A stretch of 64,000 nucleotides of DNA from Octopus vulgaris (Eukaryota): positions 38,874,001-38,938,000 of the forward strand of contig OX597824.1 in NCBI GenBank assembly GCA_951406725.2, given 5' to 3'. The notes beneath the pieces are model-generated. The model saw only the letters and a program-made list of their open reading frames with translations, had not been told where the DNA came from and searched no databases. Below are positions 27,698 to 41,831 of this stretch, in pieces. How positions within the stretch are numbered: the stretch's first letter is position 1; each line of letters opens with the position of its first letter. The position numbers were made by a program, and so were the translations under genes.

Positions 27698-28085
27698 ACT
27701 TGGACCACGGGCTATACGTCCCCTGCCAAATTCAAAATCACAACATACATGTACACTGCAACATAATTTCTTTTCCTCAACAAGCCCTGCCCTATTTAAC
27801 ATTGTCCCGAGGGAGATCAAAGAGGAAAAGGATCCCATCAACTTTAAACAGAGTCTGGATAGATTCTTTCAAAGAATACCAGATAAGCCACCCATAATTG
27901 GATACAACTCACCCAACAAGAACTCACTACTTGAACAAAACTGGATACAACTCACCCAACAAGAACTCACTACTTGAACAAAACTTGACTTAAACAGGAT
28001 TCGAATAATCCTATCAGGTGGTGCTATTAAGTTAGACATGGCCTGGACCAATCTTTGGTCGAAACATATCTAAGTTTATCTAAGT
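27698..28085 (+). mobile_element. CR1/L2-group LINE 3' fragment
   Basis: LGPRAIRP...HNFFSSTSPALFNIVPREIK...FKQSLDRFFQRIPDKP...NSLLE, an internal tandem duplication of about 43 bp, and an ATCTAAGTTT repeated tail. Confidence 0.7.
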
Positions 28086-28452
28086 TTATAAAGCTGAAGT
28101 TGTCTGTGTATGGCAGGTTTGGTAGCCTTCAACTACACTATCTCCTCCGAGACCCTGCGGTGCAAGTTGACCAAAATTGAGAGTATGGATAGAAGTAGGC
28201 TTGCTCTTCATTCCGTAGAAGATAAAATTCAAATCGGGCCATATTAAGACCAAAAATTATTTCCATCAAAAAGGTGCATTTTTTAAATGAAAATCCTTAT
28301 TTTTTACGATTTTTTGACTGCTGTGTCGCCATTTTTCGGAGTATTCAACTAGAAAAATGTTCACTTAAAGAGAATAACAAGCTACATAATGCAAAATTTT
28401 CCAATTCTAAAGGCTCGAAACAAACCTGAGCAATGCCGGGCGATACTGCTAG
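28079..28452 (+). mobile_element. Non-autonomous Helitron
   Basis: 3' end CCTGAGCAATGCCGGGCGATACTGCTAG|T, nearly identical to the 45673-45974 copy. The 5' ATAAAG.TGAAGTTGT is also shared. Confidence 0.75.
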
Positions 28453-29136
28453 TATTTAATTATAAAGATACCATAGAATTTTTTCAACATCAAATGGCTA
28501 TGTGAGTCCATCCGAGTAAAATAGGAATCAGAGGTGTAATATAGGAATCAAATGTAAAGAATAATTGAGAACCATTGCTATAGAAGGTACTGTTGTTGCT
28601 ACCAATACTTCTTTTACCCTGTTAATGGCAGTATTGCTGGTAGTAGTGATGGATGTAGATACATTGATAGCTGAGAAACGTGAGGGAGACATTACTTTTC
28701 GCGAAAGGAATATTTCAAAGAAAATCGCTTCTATCTTGCTACGTCTTCATTTGCCATATTGCCCCATATTTACGTTTTGAGAGTTTTTCGCAATATTCTA
28801 TTCAATTTCATTTAACAAGCGAGACTAATGGAACTAACAAAGGTAGTACAAAATTAAACTAAAACAACGGTAACACTTCGTGATTTTGTTAACTCGGAGA
28901 TTAAGATAAAACACGTTCTGCAAGGAACACTACTGCTAATAATAATGATTTCAAATTTTGGCACAAGGCCAGTAAGTTCGGAGGTAGGGGTAAGTCTATT
29001 ATATCGACCCCACTGCTGAACTGGTACTTATTTTATCGACCCCGAAAGGACGAAAGGCAAAGATGACCTCGGCAGAATATGACCTAAGACCGTAAAGACA
29101 GACGAAATGCCGCTAAGCATTTTGTCCGACACGGAA

Positions 29137-29192
<56 letters not shown>

Positions 29193-29233
29193 CAACAACA
29201 ACAACAACAACGACAACGATAACAATAATAATG

Positions 29234-29294
<61 letters not shown>

Positions 29295-29559
29295 TGGTGA
29301 TGATGATGATGATGATGATGATTTCTTTTATTTGCCACACGGGCTTCAAATGAAGGAGAGATTACATGAACAGTTTACAATTTATGATGTAATTTACATA
29401 AAAATAATGAGGGAAAGAAAGGGAGAGGAGGGGTAAGTAAGATAAAAGTATAGAAAATATGTGAATACATCTACGAAGCAGTCCTGCTATACGATATTCT
29501 CCAATTAGAGCCAATTGAGGTGTTCTACAGATCAAACGTGTGTGCATAAAGTAGATCCA

Positions 29560-30078
29560 TTCACCCTACCCATTTTCGCCAGTCACCATTTTTTGACAAA
29601 TTCGCTGAGAGGGAGCACTTTCCTCCCCACCCACACAGTCTTTTTCAAGTGAGACTTTAAAAAGTCGATGACGACTTGACCAAAGAGAAAAGCGTATGTC
29701 TTCAATTATTTCAGTCTCGTCGGTCACACACTCTTTCGCCATAATCACTAGCCATAGGAACAACCGCATTTAACAACGCTTATCTCACCTTTGAAAAAGG
29801 CGGGTGATGTAACGATTCTTGTGATGGACACAGCCGATAGCTGTATTTTCTACATTGATATAATTGCACAAATCAACAAGGCACGGACACTGCACAAGTG
29901 CCTGCAATACGGTTTCGCCACTTTATACGCATCTCGGACGGTCCTGCCCAGCGTCACTTCCGTTCTTGCTGGATCAGTCTCAAATCGGTTATGCTCCTGG
30001 ATATCGGTACTCCCAAGCCCGAAAGTTCTTCAAAACGATCCAGCTAGTTCGTCTTTGACAAAGCCTAGAATTTCCTCA
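29560..30078 (-). mobile_element. Decayed L1/Tx1-like LINE ORF2 C-terminal region
   Basis: Minus-strand fragments (C)PRCV*SGETVLQALVQCP (zinc-knuckle remnant), LFLWLVIMAKECV and FFKSHLKK. Confidence 0.55.
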
Positions 30079-31062
30079 ATGATGATGATAATGATGATGA
30101 TGTCAACAACAACAACAACAATAATAATAATAATAATCGGGATGATGATGATAATGATGATGATGATGATGTCAACAACAACAACAACAATAATAATAAT
30201 AATAATCGGGAGTAGAAGAAAAAGAATCAGAGTAACAAAAAAAGTAAAAAGAAACGAAAAACGAAACAAAAAATAGGAAGATATAATTTGAAAGAAGAAT
30301 TACGTAAAAGGAATAATATAATTAAAAACAATGAACTCCAAACCTACGCAGCGGAAACATCAAATGATATCAGTAAATACATAAGTAAACAATAAATAAA
30401 TAAGTGAACAAATAAAGAAATACAGAAATAAAGGCAACTAAGGGAAAGAAAGAAGTGGGGGGTGACAAAAACCTCTCGCGCCATCACACCGCCAAAATAA
30501 AAAGAACAACAAACAATAATACAAAACAAAAAATATATAATCTTCGACTGTGGATATATATAATTTCCCATGTGAGTTATACAACTTCCAAAAGTGACCA
30601 CACCCAGGAAGTTAGCTCTTGTAATATGCTGCTAAGTAATATTGAGTAACATCCCCTACACCCACTACCGACACCATATACATATTATACATATATCTAT
30701 TTATACACACACATGTATATGAATATATATGTATAGATACATGCATATATATATATATACATATACATATATATACATTTATACACACACATGCATATGA
30801 ATATATATACATATGTATAGATACATGCGTATATATATACATGCATCCATATATGTATATAGGTAGATGTGCATATACTTACATATGAACATATATGTGT
30901 GTATATACATACGCACAAACATATATATATATATACATACATACATATATACATATATATACATATATATATATACATATATATATACACACATATATAT
31001 ATATATACATACATATATATATATGCATATAAGTATATATGTATATATATATACATACATGC

Positions 31063-31095
<33 letters not shown>

Positions 31096-31366
31096 AACAC
31101 ACATATATATATACATACATATATATGTATGCATGTATGTATGTATGTAACTTTCATCTGTTGTTTGTCAACACGCATTATCATCTCCCTGAGTCTCACC
31201 CACCCAAACCCCACGATCCATTATAGCTTTGCAAAACTAAAAAGAAAAATAACCGAACAGTTAAGTTAAATTAAACAGAAGTAAGAAAAGGCCCAAATTT
31301 TAAAAAAATCCCCCAAAACAGAAATATAAATAGAAACAAGCTCACTTTAAGAATTGGGAACATTTT

Positions 31367-31472
<106 letters not shown>

Positions 31473-32594
31473 CCATATATATGTTTATCGTCATCATGGT
31501 TTCTGCCTACTTCATATTTGCATGCGTCTGACAGAACTCCATACCGCTAATTTTCTAAAGTCTGATGCTCAGCCCGTCAACAACCCTCACTTGGAAACAG
31601 AATAAGGGTTGTTGACAATGATATTCTCCTCTGACCTGACATGCTTTCCACAAATGTTTGGAAAATAAGATATACATGTACTGTCACAAACGCACGCCCC
31701 CCCCCACACACACACCTTGTGGTTCTCATTGGCCACAATAGATCCTCTCCTCGCATCTGTATCTCAGCAACTGGTTACTGTTACTAAAGAGGGGTTACTT
31801 AAAACATAACGGGCAGAAGTAGATTCTCTTGCTTTCTTTACAAAACTTAAGAGAACTTAGAAATTACATTGAAGTTCATCAAAAGATGTTCATTAGTTAA
31901 AGATTAAAAAATTGGCAGCAGAGATTTTAAGTTAATGCAATAAGTACAGCTACTCGGGGAGGCAAGGACGATAGCCCACCGATACCTAGCAATATTTTTC
32001 AGGATATATTGTGGGAACATTTCTCAAGTATATGAGTATATCATCATATACTAGGAAACATTTCCCTAGTATAAGATGATAAAAGAGTAGAGGCTGGTGA
32101 AGTTATCTCTGTCCCTCGTCCTCAAGGTAAGTACATGCTAAATGAATCCTCGCTTGAATTCATTTGTTTGTTGTTTCACGGGAAACCATGAAGTAGAATA
32201 AGGGTCACCATGTAGATCACTCTGTTGAATAATTGTAAATCATTACTTGTGAACTCCTGTCCATAGAGATTTCTAAAGAATGCAAGTGAGAATACGCCTG
32301 CTAAATGTGGTTGAGTTGCCTCCAGCCAGCAAAATACCGGTTCCACCACGTGAACCATACTGACAAATAAAAATGAGGCTCACGTCGAATTCAATGCCTG
32401 TCAGCTTTTTTTGGAAATTGTGGCCGCCCAATCACTTGGAATTGAGAGTCCAAATAATCGTATATCGTATTCTGCATCTCTGAAACGTCAACAAATATTT
32501 AAATGTAGAAATATAGAAACTACAAATATATAAATATACACATATTTAAACTCCAAGATAACTGTTGAGTGCACTTTTTCTCTCTTCTCCGTAC

Positions 32595-32690
<96 letters not shown>

Positions 32691-32713
32691 TTGTCTGTCT
32701 GCCTGTCTGTTTA

Positions 32714-32745
<32 letters not shown>

Positions 32746-32800
32746 GCTAGCTATCCATCACTGTTTGTGTGTGTCTCTCTGTATGTGTGTGTGTGTGCAT

Positions 32801-32897
<97 letters not shown>

Positions 32898-33339
32898 CAT
32901 ACGTACGCACATAATTGTAAAATATTAGACCCCGAAGGAACTAGTGATGTTCTACATCGGCAAAAAGTAATGCAGGCCTCCCTATTATTCAGAATTAATT
33001 ATCCGAACGATCAGATATAACAGAGTGCGCCAGTGAATCTTCACTGAACAAATGTACAAATGTACAAATATTTAAACTTCACGACATATACTGCTTCCAC
33101 TTTTCTTTCGATTGTACAGTTCTTGCTGTTTCTATCTTTCTCTCCCTCCTTCTCTCGTTATAGACACACACACACACACACGCGCGCACACACGCACACA
33201 TACACACGTACACACACACACACACACACTCACTTACACATATACGAATGAATGGATAAACGAGAGAAAGTGATACTCCACATATTTCGAAGATGTTACG
33301 TATATTACTTAACATAAGTTTGACTCAGCTCCGTACAAC

Positions 33340-33405
33340 TTTCGTTGGTTCGTAGAACGAATTTCGTTGGTTCGTAGAACGAGCTTCGTTGGTTCGTAGA
33401 ACGAA
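33340..33405. repeat. Three tandem 22-bp units, each self-complementary
   Basis: TTCGTTGGTTCGTAGAACGA plus 2 nt, repeated three times. Confidence 0.9.
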
Positions 33406-33941
33406 TCTATCTCGTCAGTTATCCAGCCAAGCTATCTGATGAGATATCTCAGTTCATCGCTCCCACTCCAACTTTCTCACCACAATCGTCACCCACCGCC
33501 ACTCCACATTTATTAAACTACGCATTCTGGCCTCTCTGATGATTACCATGACTCACGTATTCCAAGTTAGCTGGTCTACAGCGAAGAGCATCACGAATCA
33601 GCAAATTTCTCGATCAAAATTTTGAAAATCACATTTAGCGCACACATTCCGTAACACCTTCTTCCTATACAGTGCAATCTTCCTGTAGGTTTGCCTCGTT
33701 TTCTTGCCTTTTAAAATTTTTTTAAAAGAGCATAAGGTGTCGATAAAGTTCGCTTTGGGTCTCCATTTCCAGGGAGAACACAAGCACAAAAAAATACAGC
33801 CCATCTTGTCAACTATCGAACGAGGTCGAGCAAGGGAAAATTCAAAATTAGCTACTTAGTAGAGTGCTTGAAGTTTCGTGTCGTCAAAGACGAAACGGTG
33901 TTTTCGTCAGCACAATATATAAATATATATATATTTATATG

Positions 33942-33998
<57 letters not shown>

Positions 33999-34104
33999 TT
34001 ATATGATTGATTGATTCTAGTTTCAGCTTATGAGCTGTGGCCATGCTGGGGCACCGCCATTTAATATACATATACAAATACTCTTATCTTTCTATACATA
34101 AATA

Positions 34105-34137
<33 letters not shown>

Positions 34138-34144
34138 TTATATC

Positions 34145-34178
<34 letters not shown>

Positions 34179-34383
34179 AGTGTGTGTGTGTGTGTGTATA
34201 TATGTGTATATATATATATATATATGTGTGTATATATATATGTGTGTGTGTGTGTGTATATATAGTGTTGTATTTAGGAATGGTCATTTTGCCAGTTTAA
34301 CCAATAAAAACACACGCACTATATATTTGGTGTTACTTTGTTTCAGCGTTATTTATTTTTTACATTAATCTTAATCTTATTTC

Positions 34384-34428
34384 GGCCAGAGTTCTTTCGT
34401 CACACTTCTGTGACCGCATCAGTGGTCC
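34384..34428 (-). ncRNA. Minimal hammerhead-like motif with C at position 9
   Basis: GGACCA-CUGAUGC-G-GUCAC(AGAAGU)GUGAC-GAAA-G(AA)C-UC-UGGCC, followed by an AT-rich tail and a microsatellite. Confidence 0.5.
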
Positions 34429-34650
34429 TTTGCTTTCTTCTTTCTTACTAACGGTCAGCTATTTTGTATTTTGTATTCCTATAGCATGTGTCTTCATTTG
34501 CGCATGCGTATACTTCTATGTGTATCTATGTTTAGTTAGTGTGTGTGTGTGGGGAAGGTATATAAACAGGAGATGCAAATATTACAGGCACTACATACAT
34601 ACATGCATACATATATACATACATACATGCATGCATACATACATACATAC

Positions 34651-34711
<61 letters not shown>

Positions 34712-34799
34712 TATAGTAAATACATCATATATATCATATATATATATGTAAATTTATATTATAAATATGTATGTATATATATGTGTGTGTACATATATG

Positions 34800-34885
<86 letters not shown>

Positions 34886-35340
34886 TGGAAAAGTTTTTTT
34901 TATGTGGAGAAATCTTTGAAGACTTTGCAGGAATGAATGCAGAAATTATTGGACAATATGTTGTAAAAATTGATGTGAAGCGAAGGCTAAAGCATAAATG
35001 CTCCTGGAAATACACAAAATGCATCTAGGATATGCAAAATACGTCTGCGAAATAAGAAGGCAAAATGAATTAAAAAAATAAATATCTTGATAAGTAAAAA
35101 AAATTCATAAAAAATTGAATAAACATTTATTTGATACTCAAATTTTATTGAACTGAGAAACTTCTGAATCAATAAATTAGCTTGTTTTTTTTGTGCTGGT
35201 GGACACTTCTAACTATCTACGTCATAATTTCATCCGGGCAGTATATATATATATATATATATATAGGCATGTATGTATATACGTATGTATATATTCAATT
35301 TTATCATTTTTTTTTATTTGTCATCCAAATAACTTTCACT

Positions 35341-35541
35341 TGGAGTATCTTGAAAATATTTCTCAATTTTTCTGCTTTGTTCAAGAATGCGTCACTTCCG
35401 TACCCCCCAAAACGGACGTAACGTGAGGGTGTTAATAATCACCATATACATACATATATACATACATACATACATACATTCATACATACATACATACATA
35501 CATACATACATGCATACATACATACATACATATATATATTT

Positions 35542-35625
<84 letters not shown>

Positions 35626-35773
35626 TATGTAAAAACAACTTATAAACAAGGGTAAAAGAAAATTATTTAAATGCCAATATGCTGATAACAGACTTTTAAA
35701 TCGTCAATTTCCACATATTGGCGTAGAAATAATTTTTTTTTGCCCTTGTTTATAAGTTGTTTATACATATGTA

Positions 35774-35861
<88 letters not shown>

Positions 35862-35986
35862 GCATGTATGTATGTATGTATATGGTGATTATTAACACCC
35901 TCACGTTACGTCAGTTTTGTGGGGTATGGAAGTGACGCATTCTTGAACAAAGCAGAAAAATTGAGAAATATTTTCAAGATACTCCA
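35341..35986. repeat. Imperfect ~645-bp foldback whose arms contain microsatellites
   Basis: 35341-35445 is inverted at 35881-35986. 35611-35681 is inverted at 35714-35785. (TACA)n/(TA)n is mirrored as (TA)n/(TGTA)n of different lengths. Confidence 0.9.
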
Positions 35987-36089
35987 TATTTTAATATGCT
36001 TCCAAGAGAAAATGAAAACGAAGGGGAAAAAATCGTTGGTGATTTTTTCCCTCCGTCTTCTTTTTCTCTTGGACTTTCCTCTGTTTCCT

Positions 36090-36125
36090 GTTTCTGAAGA
36101 AGAGCTTTACTCGAAACGTACAACC
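36090..36125 (+). ncRNA. Penelope-type minimal hammerhead ribozyme motif
   Basis: GUUU-CUGAAGA-A-GAG(CUUUA)CUC-GAAA-C-GUA-CAAC. Palindromic ACGU stem III. Followed by a ~240-bp tail and (TA)n. Confidence 0.6.
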
Positions 36126-36362
36126 ACCTTTCTTTCCTTTCCCGAGCGTCTGCGAATACTTTACATGTACCACGTACTCACGTTGTTATTTTTTTGCTTT
36201 TGTTCTTCGTTTTTTTTTTATTTATTATTTACCGCACGCTCACACGGACCACCGGCCTTCCGACTAACTTTGGAGTACCTAATTCGCGGTATGCTTTCTA
36301 CCATCGGATTACATTACCTTGTTCATTCGGAATACAACATTTTTGCACGTTGATTGTGAATC

Positions 36363-36428
<66 letters not shown>

Positions 36429-36500
36429 AATTAATATATATTATAAATATATATATATATTAATTATATATATATTATATATATATATAAAGTATGTATA

Positions 36501-36644
<144 letters not shown>

Positions 36645-36773
36645 ATGTATTTATATTATATATATACATATGCACATACATATGCATATTATGTATTTAT
36701 AATGTATAAATATATACGTACATACACACACACATACAGATGACGATATATATATATATATACATATATAATG

Positions 36774-36807
<34 letters not shown>

Positions 36808-38216
36808 TGTATGTATGTATGTATGTATGTATGCATGCATGCATGCATGTATTTATGTATGTATGTATTCCTAATCAAAATAATTCTTGAATTTAGAACA
36901 CAACCTTTCTTTATATTTTGTTGTTGTTGATTCAGGCTAGAATTAACCTGTAAAGAGCTTCTTATTCTCGCAGGATGTTGAATGTATTGCAGCTGGTGTA
37001 TAGCCAGGACAACCGCTGGTCACTTTCTGCTGCAAAAGTGAAACCAAAAATAAATGTTAAGAAATGACGGAAAGAAGAAAATAAAAAAAGAAGAAAACCG
37101 AAAGCGCGATAATTATTGTAAAATACGAGCTTTCTTTTAAAGAAATTTCGTTTTATGTCCATTGTAATTTTCGGAAACGAATGAACTTCACAGCTCATCA
37201 TTTTATCTGCCCTTTGTAAAAACTGGCGCACTTATGCAAAGCAAACATATAAAAAGAAAAACAATAATAGAAAAACAAAAGAAATTTATAATGCAAATGG
37301 AAAAGAAAATAGACAACGGTAAGTATAGCAACAGGAAAAAATACCTCACCAAATAAATAGGAAATAAATCAAAATGAGAAGAAGAAAAACGAAGACATGA
37401 ACAATGCTTTGATTTTTATTGAGTCTCTTTTATAATTAATTTCAGCTATATTTTTAAAAAATTCGCAAAAACGATAAACAATTATAAAATAACACTGATA
37501 ATGACAAATAAATTATGTTTTTTTCTTTATTTGCCAAAAAATTATAAATAAACGAAACACATGAAAAGAGTTCACCACAGTACACTATAAAATGTAACCT
37601 ATTCAATGCAATAAAATACAGTACAACATAGTACAATGCTTTATATGAATTGGAGGGTAACATAGTAATGTCAAACCTATACCGATATACTCGATCGTGT
37701 GTGCGTGTTTGTATGCGTCTCCCAATGTGTGTGTGTGTGTGCGCGTGTGCGTGTGCATGTATGATATATCAGTAGGTAGGAATACTGAAGACACGGTAGG
37801 TGGTAAAATATATATGAAAATATTGATAGAGACTAACTCAGCGTTTCTTGAGAAAATGTTTTTCATTGGTTCGTCATAATTCATTCAACGAGATCGAGCC
37901 ATTCATTTGATATTTGTGGTTTGTGTAGAGGTTATTATCGTGATGTGTATAGTGCTATTTGACTCTTACTGTCTCAGCGAAAAGTTCCCATAAACAACAT
38001 ACACACAACATATGTGGAACGCACATAGATGTAGAAATACACGTATACACATACGCGTACGTACACATGCTCATTAAGTTGTACATACACATATAGGCAT
38101 GCATATACCCCAACACACAGACATTATATATATATATATATATGCATATGTATATATATTTTTATATGTGTGTGTGTGTGTGTATATGTATATATATATA
38201 TATGTATATGTATATA

Positions 38217-38318
<102 letters not shown>

Positions 38319-38402
38319 AAATTGAGATTCAGTTGAATTAGGTACTTAAGTTGAAGCCCCAAGTTTGTCCGCTATAATACGCACAGCTCGAAGTAAGAAT
38401 TT

Positions 38403-38472
<70 letters not shown>

Positions 38473-38513
38473 GAATATATATCTATATCTATATATATAT
38501 ATATATATATATA

Positions 38514-38661
<148 letters not shown>

Positions 38662-38699
38662 ATATACGTGTATGATTCTTGAAGTGTTATATGAGCTTA

Positions 38700-39000
38700 T
38701 ATTTACTAAAAAAGTTCATGCATTTAAATTCAACCGAAATGAGTGTGTTAACCAGAAGTTGAGGGAGGCTGTTACGCATTATGCAGCTATCGTAAAGTCA
38801 CACTGCAGTTTTTGAATATGGTATGAATCTCTCTAGAGCTCTCCACTTTATCTTGAAGTGTGTGCTCTGGTATTATATAGCAGTGTGATTGTAAAGCGTT
38901 GCTTGAATTTGCCTTCGGTCATGCTTATGTACCTCTTTTTCAATTTTAGAGTTAAATCCAGTGAAGGTAACCTCATTGACGTCTATGTTTGAGTATGTAT
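38700..39000 (-). mobile_element. Penelope-like GIY-YIG endonuclease remnant
   Basis: Minus-strand KRYISMTEGKFKQRF.(N)H and HFKIKWRALERFIPYS. Ends next to a (TA)n tract. Confidence 0.6.
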
Positions 39001-40325
39001 TTATACGTATGTTTGTTTTATTATTTTCCACTAGGTTGCCTTATTTGATGTTAAATGGAAATTACTCTGTTTAACTTTTAGTTATATTTTGATGGTTTTA
39101 TGCTAAAGTGGTTTGCGGAAATAACCAGTAAGTCAAAGTAGACGACGATAAAATTCCAGTTCATATCTTCTGGAATAAGTGGTTGCGTATTCCAAAGAGA
39201 CTTCTACATTTAACATAATCTCCAAGCAGTATCAGAATGACGCTGTATTAAGTGGTATAGTAGAATGATTGATTTATCATCTGTTTTGAATTCAGCTGTT
39301 CGATCAACGTAACCGTAATAATATACTCTTCCAATTATAGTATTCCATTGATACTCCACCCCTTAATATAAATCTTGAGACAGATTCAATGCTACTGTGT
39401 GTGGTAAAATGGTGAAGAGAAATGGTGTGACAGGAAATATAGTTAGAAAAGTGACAATCATGGTCAGAATGAAGTCCCAGAAAAAAATGACCTATTTCAT
39501 TTAATTATCATAAATAAGAATTAAAGTAATTAAACAAAAATATTTAAAGTCACCTATTAATTGACAATATATGAAATTGTACACAAAGACAGTATAATTT
39601 ACATGACATTATTCATAGGTGAATGAAAAAAATCTGTTTCTTCAATGTCTTAAATAAAACAACGCGTCAAGACATCAAATCACCCGCCTCAAATGTATAC
39701 ATACATGCATATATACATACATGCATATATATATACACATATACAAGCATATATACAGATATACAAGCATACATACACATACATACAAACACATACATGC
39801 ACAAGCATTAACTTAAACACACAAACACATGGAATGAACAGGCTTTAAACCAAACCAAAACGATTGTTTCCGTGCATTAGTATCAGCTGGTAATTGCTGA
39901 GAATAAGCTTCAGTGCAATGACTGAATCAAGTAAAAGAAAATCAAGCAGTATAATAAACCATAAAAAGAAAGAAACTAATATTAAAAATAAAATAAACTT
40001 GCAATATAAACAAATAAAAAACAAAATACTTCTTCTTTTACTTGTTTCAGTCATTAGACTGCTCCCATGCTGGAGTATTGCGTTGAAGAAACTTAATGGA
40101 ACGAATTGACCTCCAGTACTTATTCCTTTTTGTAAAGCTTGGTAGTTATTCAATTGGACCCTTTTGCTGAACCGTTATGGTTCGGGGACGCAAACTTACC
40201 GACACCGGTTATCATTCGTTGGTGGGGGACAAACACGGACACATAGGCACACACACTCATACATACATTCATGCATACATTCTGTATGTGTATGTGTGTG
40301 TGTGAGTTTCTGTCTGTCTGCGTAT

Positions 40326-40358
<33 letters not shown>

Positions 40359-40360
<2 letters not shown>

Positions 40361-40473
40361 AAAACATGAATAGAAATGGCTTCTCTGGTAATATTTCACT
40401 TTAATACATACATATTTAAACATCTACTAAAGTGGAGAAATTATCAGAAAAGCCATTTCTACCCATGTTTTCA
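40359..40473. repeat. Diverged hairpin (45/46-bp arms) between (TA)n tracts
   Basis: TGAAAACATG..TAGAAATGGCTT.TCTG.TAAT..CACTTTA is inverted at 40428-40473, with about 7 differences. Confidence 0.85.
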
Positions 40474-40515
40474 AATATATAATACTCTACCAATGACCTT
40501 CTATTTGTTATTGTG

Positions 40516-40570
<55 letters not shown>

Positions 40571-40932
40571 GAAGCCAAACACGTATAGTGATAAGGAGAT
40601 AGAGAAGCTCAAGTTGAAAAACACATACTAAATGCACAGACGGAAAACACAGAAGGTTAGCAACTCCTCATCAGTTATCGGCCAGAGGATCGAGCGCAAT
40701 TTCATGCCAATATCGATAATATTGCTTCCACTCAGGAGACAACTAGCAAGATAACTTGCTGAGAATGCGACCAAAACATAACAAAACAAAACGAGACGGA
40801 CAAACATAGATGAACTAGGAATACGGAAATGGCCATACGAAAATAGATAAAAGCAATTCGAGACGAGAGTGCTAGTGGACGGACGAGCGACAAAAAACGA
40901 AACAAATAAATAGAATATGTCATTAGGGCCAG

Positions 40933-40964
<32 letters not shown>

Positions 40965-41022
40965 AATAATAATAATAACAATAATAATAATAATAATAAT
41001 GCAACAAAAATTGATAATAATA

Positions 41023-41586
41023 TTGGGTTGTCCAGAAAGTTCGTGCCGATTTATAGTATCTTACATTTCGACTTATTTTAGAATATTGTTGAGTCCATGA
41101 AATTAGATTTGACTACATTTCCATTTAGAGCACAGTTTAAGCTATCTTTTCGTGGAAGAAGGTTTATGTTCCTATAACCTGTGTTGATTCTGTAACCCAT
41201 TAAAATGGAAGGTAAGAAAGTTCATTTTTGGCACTTGATGCTTTGGAAACCAGACAAAAATTGCTGCAGCTCGGCTGGGATGTGTTACCCCAGCCTCCAT
41301 ATTCACCAGATATTGCTCCTTCGGATTTCCACTTATTCAGGTCTCTGCAGAATAGTAAATGGTAAAATTTCAATTCCTTGGATGACGTAAACAGATACCT
41401 TGATGAATTCTTTGCAATTAAACCACCTCAATTCTGGGAAGAGGGTATTTTTAAGTTAAAGGAAAGATGCAGACGCATTGTGCAACAAAATGGTTCATAT
41501 TTGGTTGATTAAAAAATGTAAGGGCAAGTATTTATTGACCTTTTTCTTTCATTTAAAAATCGGTACGAACTTTCCGGACAACCCAA
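41023..41586 (+). mobile_element. Internally deleted mariner transposon
   Basis: 30-bp TIRs TTGGGTTGTCCAGAAAGTTCGTGCCGATTT / AAATCGGTACGAACTTTCCGGACAACCCAA, TA flanks. N-terminus MEGKKVHF joined to C-terminal LGWDVLPQPPYSPDIAPSDFHLF...QNGSYLVD*. Confidence 0.9.
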
Positions 41587-41612
41587 TACATATGCAACGA
41601 AAAAGAAAATAG

Positions 41613-41775
41613 AGTGGCTGTGTGGTAAGTAGCTTGCTTACGAACCACATGGTCCCGGGTTCAGTCCCACTGCGTGGCATCTTGGGCAAGTGTTTTCTAC
41701 TATAGCCTCGGGCCGACCAAAGCCTTGTCAGTGGATCTGGTAGACGGAAACTGAAAGAAGCCTGTCGTATGTATG

Positions 41776-41831
<56 letters not shown>

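Larger units (their letters stand above)
27567..28577. mobile_element. hAT-family MITE interrupted by nested LINE and Helitron insertions
   Basis: TIRs CAGTGGTTCTCAA / TTGAGAACCATTG. 8-bp TSD CTATAGAT/CTATAGAA. Related to the element at 60522-60869. Confidence 0.75.

Noticed and set aside
33865-33915. Minus-strand CUGACGA...GAAACUUC
   Set aside because: Stem II cannot close next to the core.
34880-35245. Possible Tc1 3' remnant
   Set aside because: Only a vague TIR-like end and no diagnostic motif.
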